Below are positions 1 to 12,170 of a stretch of DNA of 64,000 nt, piece after piece (position 1 is the first letter of the stretch; each line of letters begins with the position of its first letter). Where the stretch lies: the NCBI RefSeq assembly GCF_006345805.1, contig NC_043007.1:30504001-30568000 (forward strand), read 5' to 3'. A model generated the notes under the pieces. That model ran no database searches. It was not told where the DNA came from and saw nothing but the letters and a program-made list of their open reading frames with translations. The translations under genes were made by a program, and so were the position numbers. This DNA comes from Octopus sinensis (lineage: Eukaryota).

Positions 1-1540
1 TGTATGTAATGGCTGTTCAGGTCTGTTTAGAATGAACGGGGGTGGACATGTATCTGCGTATGTCTTGTTGTTATTTATATACGTGAATGTGTACGCCATA
101 AGCTGGAGTGAATCTGTTCATTGCAAGAAAGTCAATTGAAGAATCTGCGGAATGTTTTATAAGTTTTGATTCTCAACCAAAATCCGATCGGATTTCAAGG
201 ATGCCAATCAGTTTTCTTTGTCTTTTCTTGGAAAAGACACCATTTCAAAGCTTTTGAGTAAATCTTTTGTTACACCGACTTCCTCTATTAAAATACATAA
301 TATCGAAAATCCAAAGCGTGGATTAAAGAGATGAGATTTTCTCCAAGGTTCTCCGTAGACGTTCGCAGACATTCACAATACTTTGCAGCTGACCTCTGTA
401 AAGATGTGTGATTTTTATTCCCTCTTCCATAGATTAAGGTTTTTGTATGTGTATAGGGTTGCTGTTTTAATAAGAATCCCCCACCAATCCTTGTCTTTAA
501 ACATGTGGTTATATTCGGGATCTGGTGTGCCTTTCTGTGGATAGCGTTGGGAAATGTTTTAGTAACAATGTGAAGTCTTGCGAAAACATAAAACCTGCTA
601 AAATATTTGGGAGTCTGCTGAAGATGGAGAGTGATATCCTCTCCGCTACAATCAACATTTTGTGCCATTCTTTTGCTCTTATTCATCAGGTATTTAGTAA
701 ATGTCTCCTGTTTTTAGGTACCATAGACGTACCCTTCGACGTAGAATGTGTCCTTTCTATCAGACAAAAATTCTAAGATGATGTTGTTGCTGCTGCTGTT
801 TCTGTTATTACTTTTTGCTGTAGACCAAAGTCTTGATTGAACAAACACTGAAAGTCATTCCATGCATGGCCATCTCATCTGAGTTATAAGTATTTTTAAG
901 ATCCCATTTTGTAAAGATGATATGGTATAATTTGTGTGAGGTTGCCTCGCTGTTTCTATTATATGATGCGTCTCCTTGTTTTGCTGTAAACCTAAACCAA
1001 CGCTTGGTTTAACACCATTATATGGTCCGCAGATGTATGTAGTAGTTTCCAGCCCGTCACTAACATTCAAGCTTGACCACTCCCTTGAGAACAGCATCTG
1101 CCAACAATCTCAGAGGCCCTGCAAAACAGTCGATCCTGGTACCACTTTTAATGTGTTACCACTTTGTCTGTTAATGACAGCCAAGTACACCAGTAAAGAA
1201 CATGGCGGATTTAATAGGAAGTCTCTGTAATTATTCTCTTTCTCGCCGTTCTTGAAAGAATTAATTACATCCGCAACACTTGACTCTTAGAACAGTACAT
1301 AGTTCTTTTCTATATGAAGTACTTTGCGCTGGCAATAAATAGAATTTTAATGGAAATACCCCACAAACAGGTGTTATGGTGAGACAAACATACTTCTTAA
1401 ATATGAGTGATATTTTGTTTATCTCAGAGAAGTCTTTCTCATGAATTCCACTGATCTTCTGTATTGTTTTCGCAATATCAGTATGCTGCAAAGGAAGCTA
1501 GGATCGTAATGACATTTTAGGCCGATATTACATTTTCATG
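1..1540 (-). mobile_element. Heavily decayed Penelope-like (PLE) reverse transcriptase remnant
   Basis: Manual minus-strand translation gives broken PLE-RT-like motifs across frames: 'FSRFYVFARLH' (~590), 'SIDFL...HVYK*QQDIRRYMSTPVHSKQT*TAITY' (1-150; cf. FLD..IY.KPTD..QYL...S.HP.HTK.AIPY). Many stops and frameshifts; motif spacing is imperfect. Confidence 0.4.
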
Positions 1541-1561
1541 CGTCCCATATGTGTAGGCAGG

Positions 1562-1850
1562 GATGTCAGTGTGGTAAGATGTTTGTTTTCCAATTATATG
1601 TTTCCGGGTTCTGATGTGGTTCTATGGGCAAGTGTCTTCTGCTATAGCCCCGGGGTCTTGTAAGTGAATTTGGGTGGCGGACTGAAAGAAGCCTAGCATG
1701 TGTGTGCTTATGTATATATGTATGTGCCTGTGTTTGTACCATGCCACCTCACCACTGGTGTTGGTTTGTTTAAGTCCCTATAAGTTAGTGCTTCAGCAAA
1801 AGTGACTGAGCATGGGCGCTGTCCAATGATTGAAACAAGTTAAACAAACA
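1562..1850 (+). mobile_element. Degenerate tRNA-derived SINE, family 1 (CORE-like)
   Basis: gtggtaag...ccgggttc head, gggcaagtgtcttctgctatagcc core and gcatgg...tgattgaaacaag tail, collinear with the full copy at 19383-19800. Confidence 0.65.
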
Positions 1851-2029
1851 ATATATGTGAATGAATAAGTTTGTACGTATGTATGTATGTCATTATTCAG
1901 TTTTATTTCAACATCTCTTCCCAATAGAGAGCTGGTTTCTAACCCAGGTCCAAGGATCCTTCATTGGAATTTGAACATTAGCAACAAAGTAGTTTTGTTA
2001 AAATGTCTGTATATGCATATGTGCATGTT

Positions 2030-2425
2030 TGTATGTTTTGTTTTATGTATGTATTCCCATGCATAGGTATATATTAACATGTCTAGAAATGTTAATATAT
2101 ACTTAAATGACAAACTTCTGGAAAGTTTTACAAATTACTTTCATATATGTATATGTGCAGATTTGTATGTTTTATGTATGTATTCTCATGCATATAGTTG
2201 CATATCTAGACATGCTCATATATACTTATATGATAAACTTCTGGAAAGTTTCACAGATTTTTACAGTTCCACTGATGGATTGGATCTGTAGTGTTCGAAT
2301 TAACTTTCTCCTTTCTGGTTGTGAGTTGACTAATTTCTCAAGATTGGTATTAGGCAGTGTGTTACATATCCCAGGACCTCAATAATTACAGGTATAAACC
2401 TCAACTTGTAGTCTGGAGTAACTGT
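2030..2425 (-). mobile_element. R4/Dong-type RLE LINE, family B, 3' fragment with tandemly duplicated 3' end
   Basis: Minus strand reads PDYKLRFIPVIIEVLGYVTHCL... and is the reverse complement of 38478-38725; the block ctagacatg...aaacttctggaaagttt occurs twice (about 2080-2130 and 2206-2252). Confidence 0.75.
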
Positions 2426-3029
2426 ATGTATGCATGTATGAACGTATGTGTGTGTGCGTGTCCATACATATGTGTGTGCGTATATGCATATAATCCAGAA
2501 ATATGTCGTAATCGATATTTTCTGCGATTAATACTAGGCTGTGTTTTTCTCAGTAAATATTCTCGAATTATTTCCTGCTGTTCGCTTATAGAAGCATGAC
2601 CGTCGATATGTGATATGGTTTAACAATCATCTCCACCAAATGCCGGGAAATTGAGCAACGAATAAAGATAATGAAATCTCTATATCAAGGTGGTAGGACG
2701 ATGAATTAGAGACACGATTAATACTATAAATCCTGAATGGTGGAACAGGTGACCAGAAACAGGAAAATAAAACCAAACCAGAAAGCATTTAGCATTTGAT
2801 CACGTATGTCATTAGTCAGATATGTTTTAAACGAAATTTCAGTACGAAGCCTGTGATTAACTATTCTGGGGTCAATGGATCAGCCAAAAATTCCAGGAAA
2901 TATCTCCCTAAAATTATACACTAATGTTTTGAAGAGAGAGTGATATATTGAATATTGTAGTCCTAGATAGACAATCCTTGACAGTTTTACCGAATTGTTA
3001 TGAGCAGAGCACAACCAATAGTCATTTCT

Positions 3030-3140
3030 ACGATAGGCACAAGGCCTGAAATGTGTGGGGAGAGGACTACTCGATTACATCGACCCCAGTTTTTTGCTGG
3101 TACTTAATTTATCGACCCCGAAAGGATCAAGGACAAAGTC
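3030..3140 (-). mobile_element. Meta-domain-like SINE 3' half (tail type B)
   Basis: ggtacttaatttatcgaccccgaaaggat core; tail aggcacaaggcctgaaat...gggag matches other copies. Confidence 0.75.
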
Positions 3141-3174
3141 ATTCTACATCTTTACGTTATATATATATATATAC

Positions 3175-3215
<41 letters not shown>

Positions 3216-3280
3216 GTAAAGATCTAGAATATATATATATATATATATATATTCTAGATCATTGCGTTATATATATATCA

Positions 3281-3420
3281 AAGGTCGACTTTGCCTTTCA
3301 TCCTTTCGGGGTCGATAAATTAAGTACCAGTTACGCACTGGGGTCGATGTAATCGACTTAATCCGTTTGTCTGTCTTTGTTTGTCCTCTCTGTGTTTAGC
3401 CCCTTGTGGGTAGTAAAGTA
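3281..3420 (+). mobile_element. Meta-domain-like SINE 3' half (tail type A)
   Basis: gtcgactttgcctttcatcctttcggggtcgataaattaagtaccagtt core; near-identical to the reverse complement of 55600-55740. Confidence 0.85.
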
Positions 3421-3430
3421 ATATATATTT

Positions 3431-3592
3431 CATCTGCCGTTACGTTCTGAGTTCAAATTCCGCCGAAGTCGAATTCGCCTTTCATCTTTTTGGAGTTGAT
3501 AAATTAAGTACCAGTTGCGGACTGGGGTCGATCTAATCGACTGTCCCCCTCTCCCAAAATTTTGGGTCTTGTGACTAGAGTAGAAAAGAATA
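3431..3592 (+). mobile_element. Meta-domain-like SINE (tail type B)
   Basis: B-box-like gagttcaaattcc, same core, tail ccccctctcccaaaattttgggtcttgtgactagagtagaaaag. Confidence 0.8.
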
Positions 3593-3865
3593 TTAGCTAA
3601 GGGGCAGGTGAGGGGTTCGACTGGGCGAAAGGTCGAGTCTAGTACTCAAGAACTTAGAACGCAAAGAGACAGTCTGAATGTCATAAGGTACGCTATCCAA
3701 CATAACCAATAATTCGATTAATCCGTCGCCATAAGGTTGTGATTTATTCTATCGGCCTTGAAAGGAAGAAAGTATAATTCACTTTGATGGGAATTGAACA
3801 CGGAATATAAGGGATCGGAACAAATACCGCAAGGTATTTTTGCATATGCTCGAGTGATACAGGAA

Positions 3866-3965
3866 NNNNNNNNNNNNNNNNNNNNNNNNNNNNNNNNNNN
3901 NNNNNNNNNNNNNNNNNNNNNNNNNNNNNNNNNNNNNNNNNNNNNNNNNNNNNNNNNNNNNNNNN
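3866..3965. other. Assembly gap (100 N)
   Basis: Run of exactly 100 N, typical of a scaffolding placeholder; contiguity across it is not guaranteed. Confidence 1.
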
Positions 3966-4110
3966 CTATTGCGTAAAGTACCGTCGTCTGAGGTCCTTTT
4001 TGTAACTTGACAAACAGTACAAGCCCCTGGTAGACACAATATCTTCAATCAACAAAGTCACGATATTGTAAACTGTGCGACGTCTATAACAACAACCACA
4101 ACAACAACAA
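3966..4110 (+). mobile_element. R4/Dong-type LINE family A, 3' UTR end
   Basis: ctgcgtaaag...acaatatcttcaatc..cag..acgatatt..a..ctgtgcgacgtct is similar to 36305-36413; ends in a (CAA)n tail. Confidence 0.55.
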
Positions 4111-4111
4111 A

Positions 4112-4308
4112 TTAACGATCTGCAGAAAAGTAACATCCTCTACTCAGTAAGTATCCTAGAGGGAGATTTGAGGAGGCTTGTCGTTACCAAACCTCAAGAT
4201 AAAATATTTGCTGACTATATTAGCATGTACTAGCATCGTAATAATAATAATAATGATAATAATATAATAATAATAATAATTAATAACAACATCAACAACA
4301 ACAACAAC

Positions 4309-4330
<22 letters not shown>
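4112..4330 (+). mobile_element. Probable RLE-LINE 3' end followed by (TAA)n
   Basis: 'LQKSNILYSVSIL' resembles the terminal QK..LL.S..IL motif of R4-type ORFs, followed by a short UTR and an (AAT)n/(AAC)n run. Confidence 0.4.
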
Positions 4331-4348
<18 letters not shown>

Positions 4349-4525
4349 TTCTGCTCAATACCAGAGATTTGCTTGTCAGTTGTTTAACCTTTACCAGTTG
4401 AATATGTCCCTTGGTGGCTGATGGTATGTGCATCTCTGATCATTATCAGACGGGTAGTCATGATGGGTATACTGGGCTTCGTATATTTTACCCCAGTGTC
4501 ACTTTGATGGCATGCACTGCTCTCT

Positions 4526-4675
4526 CATTCAATAATAATAATAATAATAATGAGGAGGGGGAGGATGATGAGGATGATGAGGATGATGATGATGTGGTGG
4601 TGGTGGTGGTGGTGGTGGTGGTGGTGGTGGTGGTGGTGGTGGATGATGATGATGATTATGATGATGATGATGATG

Positions 4676-4708
<33 letters not shown>

Positions 4709-4710
4709 GG
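4526..4710. repeat. Compound trinucleotide microsatellite (AAT)/(GAT)/(GGT)
   Basis: Direct inspection. Confidence 0.95.
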
Positions 4711-5018
4711 GAATTTATCAATTGATTTGGTACCAAAAGTTGAAAACCAACTTAAGCAATTATCAGGAATGGCTGAACGGTGTAAAATGGTGTGGACCGT
4801 AATATTGCCTTTAGGCATCCTGATGGTTGCAAGAATTGATTTTCAATTCCCTTCTATTAAAACCAATCGGTAAATTGGTTATTAGGAGATTATGATATTG
4901 TGCTTTTAAAAAATTATCTTTATTCACTCCATTAACTAATAGTGAAAGTTCTAACTTTTCTCACTCTTAGATTTTTTTAGACAACTGTGTGTGTGTGTGA
5001 GAGAGAAAGAGAGTGTGT

Positions 5019-5050
<32 letters not shown>

Positions 5051-5769
5051 TATATGTTTGTATATGTATGTATCTATATATTTATGTATATGCATGAGGC
5101 GGGGGTACTATGTACACACATAGGGAAATAGCCAAACAGAAACAGCCCTATGAAATATATACATATAAATGATAATGTGTGTGTGTATGTGTATATATGC
5201 ACATACATTGATACAAGTATATACACATATAATAAATTTGCTCTATGTGTGTGTGTGTGTGTTTGTGTGTATGTATGTGTGTGTGTGTGTGTGTGTTGTG
5301 TGTGTGTGTGTCTGTCTGTCTGTCTGTCTGTTCTTTATTCGGGGTAAAATATTCTTCCATTTTCCATATCGCTTCTCCGCTCTGTCAAACCCGTTGTTCT
5401 CGACATGGCTAGCAGAGAGACGGTGGCAGGTGATGCTTCCACCAATGACAGACACAGCGTTTTTCCTCTGAAGAATATTCAAATGTTTTATGCATTGGGA
5501 AACATTAGCAAGAATAACATTAATAATTCCATCGATAACGATAACTTCAACTGCAAAAGGTTACAGACAAATAGGTTGGATTATATTTAGACTCAGCTGA
5601 ATACAACAATACCAACAACCACAATAACTACGTAAAAGTTTTCTTTACATAAAAACTAAACGCTGTGTCTTTATTTAGAAACATTTACAGAGGACAACAA
5701 CGATAGAAATAGCATGAGAGACATCAGAAACTATGGAAGTCAGAAATGATAAAAAATATCCTTTGCTAA

Positions 5770-5960
5770 TCTAGGCACAACGCCCGAAATTTGGGGGGAA
5801 GTGGGGGTGGCAGCAGATTAGATCGACTCCAGTACACAACTGGTACTTAATTTATCGACCAGGAAAGGATGAAAGGTAAATTCGACCTCGGCGAAATTTG
5901 AACTCAGAGCGTAAAGACAGACGAAATATCGCTAAGCGTTTCGTCCGGCGTGCTAACGAT
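5770..5960 (-). mobile_element. Meta-domain-like SINE, near full length (tail B)
   Basis: Reverse complement has head cgttagcacgccggacgaaacgcttagcgatatttcgtctgtctttacgctctgagttcaaatttcgccg, the core and tail B. Confidence 0.85.
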
Positions 5961-5965
5961 TCATA

Positions 5966-6075
5966 TTTCTTTACTGCCCACATGAGGGGACAAACAAGGA
6001 CAGACAAATGAATTAAGTCGATTATATCGACCCCAGTGCGTAACTGGTACTTATTTAATCAACCCCGAAAGGCAA
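5966..6075 (-). mobile_element. Meta-domain-like SINE 3' fragment (tail A)
   Basis: acaaacaaggacagacaaa...gtcgattatatcgaccccagtgcgtaactggtactt. Confidence 0.8.
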
Positions 6076-6188
6076 AATTGAGCTCGGTGTGCTCGCTACC
6101 TTAAAAATGACAAAAATATCACCAACAAAATGGAATGGCATTTGAGGATATAAAAAGAATCGTCTGTAGACGATTATTAGCATATACA

Positions 6189-6219
<31 letters not shown>

Positions 6220-6948
6220 ACAACAGTGACCCTGGATATGTTTGAGATTATGAAATGTGTGGAGATCATTCAGTCGGAAATCAGTCGGAAGCGAAGGAAA
6301 ATAGTGCATCTCCCGAATACAAGTTCTTGAAAAAATTCTAATCTAACTGGATCTCCGTCTCTTTCCGCGATGCATTTTATACAGTTATTAGATCAACTGA
6401 ACCAGTAGCGTATTGAATTAGCGCTAGGTGGTCGAATGTTCCGCGAACACATTGTAAATTAAACCGCGAATTTGTGTAGACGTGATACAGTGTGTGACAC
6501 AGTTACATTACTAAATTTATGACATGTTCAATCCGCAGGGCTTCAACACAGTTTCTGGCAAGGCTTGGATTGACCAAAATATGTGGCACAAAATGCAAAC
6601 ACAAGATGCTAATCTGTGAAATCGATCGCGGGATCTCTCGATTGCACAGCGTACATATTTAATCATAAAAAATTTATATATTCTCCCCGTTTTACTGGTT
6701 TCAATTGTCGGTCTAACTACGCCCATACTGGAGCACCGCTATGAAGAATCCTTCTCGTGTATATTTACCTCAGCACTAGTTGTGCTGTTTGTTTCATTGT
6801 TCATTGCTTACTGAATCACGTGGTTAAGCAGACTCGCATGTACCTCATCGAGAGAGAGTTAAATACGCCAGTGTATATAGACCGGTGTACAGAATACAGA
6901 CACACACATACACACACATTACATATAAATATGTGTGTATATATATAT

Positions 6949-6988
<40 letters not shown>

Positions 6989-7057
6989 TTAAATCCTTAA
7001 AATGTTTTAGCCCGAAGGCCGCGGCCATGCTGGGGCACCACCGCTGAATGAGCTACA

Positions 7058-8030
7058 CTAATATGTGAATCCACCTCTGATACGTGGCACTTGATCAACA
7101 AGGGAGTTCGATCCTGCTGCCCGCATCTGTGTCTCCTGTCGTGAGGTAGGTTCATCTGGGACCCCCGACAAGAAGAGATCCAGTTTAGTTTTAAAGAAAC
7201 CCACATCCACACCATGTAAGTCTCTCAGGCATTTTGGGAGGATGTTAAAGAGCTGTGGTCCTCTGAAACCCAAGCTGTTGCAGCATCTGGACCTGTATTT
7301 TGATGGTGATGTTGGAATCTTTGGCACCATGCAGTGGCATCGCGTTCTGCGGTTGGGGTAACTTTGAATGCCAAAGTTTGGGACAAGACCCTCCAGGATT
7401 TTCCAGATGTATATCACCGCATATCTCTCCCGCCTCCGCTCTAGGGAGAAGAGGTTTAATACTTTCAGTCTTTCCAAGTAGCTGATATTTTGCATTGAGA
7501 CGATCTTCTTTGTGTAGCTTCTTTGAATCGCTTCGAGTTCTGCTGTTAGTTTTATATTGTGTGGTGACCATAGTTGGGAGCAGTAGTCCAAGCGGCTGAG
7601 GACGAATGTTTTCCAGAGGACCATCAGTGTCTCCTTCTCTTTTGTTCTGAAAGTTCGGAGAATCCATCCAGCAAGCCGTCTGCATTTTATCACCAGATTA
7701 GTAATATGCACTTGGAAAGATGCATCATTGCTCATGTCAATGCCCAGGTCACGCACTGATTTTGACTCAGGGATTGCAATTCTTCCTGGGCCAGTGTATC
7801 CAGTCTGCACGTCGTTTACCTTTGTGTGCCGGTAGCGCAGGGCCTGGAACTTACCTGCATTAAACTGCATGTTGTTGTCCTCAGCCCACCTGTATATTGT
7901 ATGCAATTCCTGTTGCAGATTCGCAATATTTTCAGGATTTTGTATTGTGTGGGAGACTTTTGTGTCATCTGCATAGCTAGCAAGGGTGGCCATCGTAGCA
8001 ACTGAAAGCATGTCTGAAAGGGCCACTACA
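7058..8030 (-). pseudogene. LINE-A ORF2 RT second half and C-terminal domain
   Basis: YADDTKV, FNAGKF, VRDLGI, RLDYCSQLWSP, SLERRRERY motifs, to the stop at 7058. Confidence 0.93.
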
Positions 8031-8628
8031 GCAGTGGCCCCAAGACAGTGCCTTGTGGAACACCGCTTGTTATTTGTGTTTCCTTGGAGGTGGCTCCATT
8101 GCTCACAACTGCCTGTCTTCTGTCTTTTAGGAAGTTGTGCAGCCACTCTCCAAGTTTTCCGCCTATGCCGAGACCACGCAGTTTGTGACAGATCATACCA
8201 TGGTCGACTTTATCAAAGGCTTTTGCAAAGTCGAGATATATTACATCCACATTTGAGCCATTTAGTAGCTGTTTTAACACCCAGTCATAGTGTTGCAGGA
8301 GCTGTGTTAGGCAGCTTCTACCTGGTCGAAATCCATGCTGGGTGTCAGACAGCAAGTCATTTTCTTCAAGAAACATGATTAGTTTCTTGCGGACTATTCG
8401 TTCCATGACTTTGCTGATGTGTGAGGTCAGAGAGATAGGCCTATAATTTTTAGCATCTGCTCTGCTACCTCCCTTATGGATAGGGCATATTACCCCTTCT
8501 TTCAATTTGACTGGGAGCTTACCACTTGCAAGAAAGCTCTGAAAAAGAAGCTGTAGCGGTTTTGCACGATTTGAGAAGGATCGCTGGAAATCCATCAGGT
8601 CCAGCAGCTGAGTTTGTGTCAATCTCAT
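8026..8628 (-). pseudogene. LINE-A ORF2 RT core (first half)
   Basis: YRPISLTSHISKVMER, QHGFRPGRSCLTQLL, YLDFAKAFDKVDH, GVPQGTVLGPLL; frameshift right after GPLL. Confidence 0.93.
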
Positions 8629-10132
8629 CTATGGCTAGTGTGATATCATCATCTTCAATGTTGATGTACTCAATTTTTGCCTCTTTGGCCGCAGGTAAAG
8701 TGGCAAAGAATTCTTCTGGGTTGTTTACTTGCCTGTGTCCTAGAGGTGTAGTGAACACACTTTGGAATTGTTCGTTCAGTATTTCACTTATCCTCGTGGG
8801 ATTTCCTGTGAGAGAGCCATCTTTTTGGAAGAGAGGTCCTATTCTCTGGTGCACTGTGGCTGTCTCTTTGGCAAACTTAAAGAAAGCTTTAGGGTTTGAT
8901 TTTATATTTTCTATTACCCAAGCTTCTTTATCTGCTCTCTCGTTTTCATGGGACTGATGCAGACTTTTCTCAATTTCCATTAGCATTCTCTCGAGCCGAG
9001 ACTTCTCACCACTTTTGGTGTGCTTGCTCAGGCGGTTCGCAATCCTTGTCCGTCGTCTCATAAGAATCTTCCTTTCTCTAGGGATCCTGTTTTTGTGTGT
9101 GCTGGCCCTGCACACTGGGACATATTTGTCACATATGGCTTGTATTATGGACATGAAGTGTTTGTGTTTCATGTTAATGTCCGGTGTGGAGAGACATTTA
9201 GGCCAATCCTGTTTGAGGATCTCTTTCTCAATCAACTTCCAGTTTGCTTTATGAAAGTTTAAGTTGGAGAGATGGTGGATGCTTCGTATAGGCTGTGTGT
9301 CTACGGGGGCTTTTGGTCCATACATAGACAGCTCTATTATGTTGTGATCCGAGATCATTGTCGGCATCACATTAACATTATGGATAATATCCATATTGTT
9401 TGTGAAGCAGAGATCCAGTATATTATCTGCCCTTGTTGGTTGCAGAACTATTTGCTCCATGAAAGAGGCATTTGTGAGATGGAGCAGGGACTCTGCCTGT
9501 GCCTGCTGATGGTGTGTCATCCCTGAGAGCATCTGCCCACCAGGCCATTTCACATTGGGAAAGTTAAAGTCACCCATGAAGAATACACTGTTGTGTTGTT
9601 CAAGGTTGGTAAGGACTTCTCCTATTTTTGTTAGGCAGTCTTCAAACATGCCTGAGTGATTTGGGGCATCTGGTGGGCGATATGTAGTGCATATGACGAT
9701 ATTCAGTTGTCTTATGTGTACAATTTGAGTGTCACACACTGAGTTTGAATATGACAACAGGACCTGGGGCGTGAGGTCATCTCGGATGTACATTGCAACT
9801 CCACCATGGCTCCTCCCTTTTCTATCTGAGCGTATGACTGCATATTGCGGCATGTGTATTTCTGCATCCCCTATATCGGGTCCAAGATGCGTTTCTGTGA
9901 GTTCCATGCATATAACTTGATTGCATGTCACAAGGTCTCTCAGGAATGATATTTTCCTTTTACAGTTGCCGCGCAGCAGCCCTCCTACGTTCAGTAGAAA
10001 TATTTTTGTGGTGTGTGTGTTGGTGTCTGTGGTGGCCATCCTGCATCTGTTGGTGGTGGCCTTATGTGGTGGTAGTTCCAGCTTTGTGCTTGTAGCCAGG
10101 TCAGCTGCTGAACAATTTTTTGTGCCATGCAC
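8519..10132 (-). pseudogene. LINE-A ORF2 N-terminal part: apurinic-like endonuclease and linker
   Basis: LNVGGL, LTETHL, GGVAMYI, YRPP, MGDFNFP, PTR..NILDLCFTN, SDHN motifs; frameshift near 8540-8570. Confidence 0.92.
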
Positions 10133-10279
10133 AAAAAGGATTGCTGTTCAGCTGCTGCCCTTCTCACATCTGGGTGAAGCTTGCCATTTGTTGGGTTACC
10201 GCGCACCACATCCGCATATCGTCTTTCATCCATATTATATGGATGATTTAGCAAAATGCTAATGTGAAAATTATAAAAT

Positions 10280-11035
10280 AACGAAGGTAGTTATGCACAA
10301 TATAAAACCTAAATGGAATAATTTTTCTGCGCATGCGTGCTTATAGTTGATACCATTGTGATCACATGATCGAAGTTTGAGCCTGATCGTGCCATTTTTC
10401 CTTCCTGGCTTTACAGTGTGAGCATGGCCGCTCCACTAGCAATGTACACCAAAGGAAAAGAAAGAGCGGTGATCCGATTTCTCTGGTCGGAAGGTGTGTC
10501 AGCGGCTGAAATTCATCGAAGGCATTTAGCACAATTTGTTAACGGTTTCGACGGTCTGGACGGCCATGTATGGGCAGGCATTGTCATGCAACAACAAAAC
10601 TTTCTTCCACAATAGGCTTCAGCGTTCGGTGCGAATTGCTGGCCTCAGTTTGCTGGTCAGCAAAGGACTGCATCTTGCAATTTTGGTCGTACACACCTTT
10701 TCCAGGTAGCCTTCCAGTACAGGCCCTTTTGACTCCCAAAACAGGGTTACTGTCACCTTTCCCGCGGGGGACTGAGTCTTTAAATTCTTCATCGCTGGCG
10801 AGCCAGGATATTTCCACTCCATACTCTGTCTTTTGGATTCTATGATGCAGCCACGTTTCATTTCTTTTGACTTTTCTGCTCAAAAATTCCTCGCCCTCGT
10901 TGCTGTAGCGATTGAATAAACATCGGCAGACCTCAGTACGTTTGCACTTGTGCTCTGCGGTAAGATCTCTTGGCACCCATCTTGCACAGACTTTATGAAA
11001 ACCGAGCTCATCGTGGATGATTTTCAACACCCAAC
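10280..11035. mobile_element. Rearranged mariner (Tc1/mariner DD34D-type) transposon remnant
   Basis: Plus strand 10424-10535: MAAPL...RAVIRFLWSEGVSAAEIHRR (HTH). Minus strand 10535-11035: IIHDELGFHKVCARWVPR, (D)ETWLHH, ESKRQSMEWKYPGSP, LLHDNA. Confidence 0.88.
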
Positions 11036-11250
11036 ACACCGGTTGTCAACGGGTAGAGAGGAAAATCACAGAACACGACACCTTTCCACCCCACACATTA
11101 TATATACGACGTGCTTCTTTCAGTTTTCGTCTACCAAATCCACTCGCAAGGATTTGATCGACTTGAGGCCATAGTAAAAGACATTTGCCCAAGGACTAAA
11201 CTGAAGAACGATGTGGTCGTCAAGCAAACAACTTACCACACAGTCAAGCC
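11035..11250 (-). mobile_element. SINE family 1 (CORE-like), 5' two-thirds
   Basis: cttctttcagttttcgtctaccaaatccactcgcaagg...tagtaaaagacatttgcccaagg matches the reverse complement of 19383-19550. Confidence 0.8.
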
Positions 11251-11793
11251 TATGTATGTATGTATGTATGTATGTATGTATATATGTATGAATATATGTA
11301 TGTATGTGTGTATGTATGTATGTTTGTATGTATGTATGTATGTATGTATGTATATATGTATGTATGTTCGTATGTATGTATATATATATGTATGTTCGTA
11401 TGTATGTATGTTCGTATATATGTATGTATATATATATGTATGCATGTTCGTATGTATGTATGTATGTATGTATATATGAATGTATGTATGTATGTATGTA
11501 TGTATGCATATATGTATGTATGTATGTGTGTATGTATGTATGTATGTATTTATGTATGTATGAATATATGTATGTTCGTATGTATGTATGTATGTATGTA
11601 TGTGAATGTATGTATGTATGTATGTATGTATGAATGTATGTATGTATTGTGTATGTATGTATGTATGAATGTATGTATGTATGTATGTATGTATGTATGT
11701 ATGCATATATGTATGTATGTTCGTATATATGTATGTATATATATATATGTATGTATGTTCGTATGTATGTATGTATGTATGAATGTATGTATG

Positions 11794-11825
<32 letters not shown>

Positions 11826-12170
11826 CATATATGTATGTATGTATGTATGTGTGTATGTATGTATGTATGTATGTATGTATGTATTTATGTATGTATGTAT
11901 GTATGTATGTATGTATGTATGTATGTATGTTTTATGTATGTATGTTCGTATGTATGTATGTATATATATATATATGAATGTATGTATGTATATGTGTGCA
12001 TGTATGCATGTACGTATGCATGCATGTATGTATGTATATGTGTATGTATGTGTATATGCATGACTGTATGTATGTACGTGTGTATGCATATATGTATGTA
12101 TATATGTATAAATGTATGTATATGTGTATGTATGTACGTAGGTATGTATGTATTATGCAGGTATTGATTA
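11251..12170. repeat. ~0.9 kb (TATG)n microsatellite with recurrent variant units
   Basis: Direct inspection. Confidence 0.97.

Larger units (their letters stand above)
6987..10260 (-). mobile_element. CR1/L2-type (Jockey group) LINE, 5'-truncated in ORF1, frameshifted (LINE-A)
   Basis: APE endonuclease + RT ORF2 in three overlapping frames, ORF1 C-terminal remnant (9991-10254), 3' hairpin tail and 2x TTAAGGAT terminal repeat abutting (TA)n. Confidence 0.93.

Noticed and set aside
850-905. pogo/Tigger DDE-like motif 'WDLKNTYNSDE' on minus
   Set aside because: An isolated match with no supporting upstream or downstream transposase motifs.
7058-10132. Intact, active LINE
   Set aside because: ORF2 is broken by two frameshifts (~8550 and ~8030) and ORF1 is 5'-truncated. 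Sequencing error cannot be excluded but is not evidenced.
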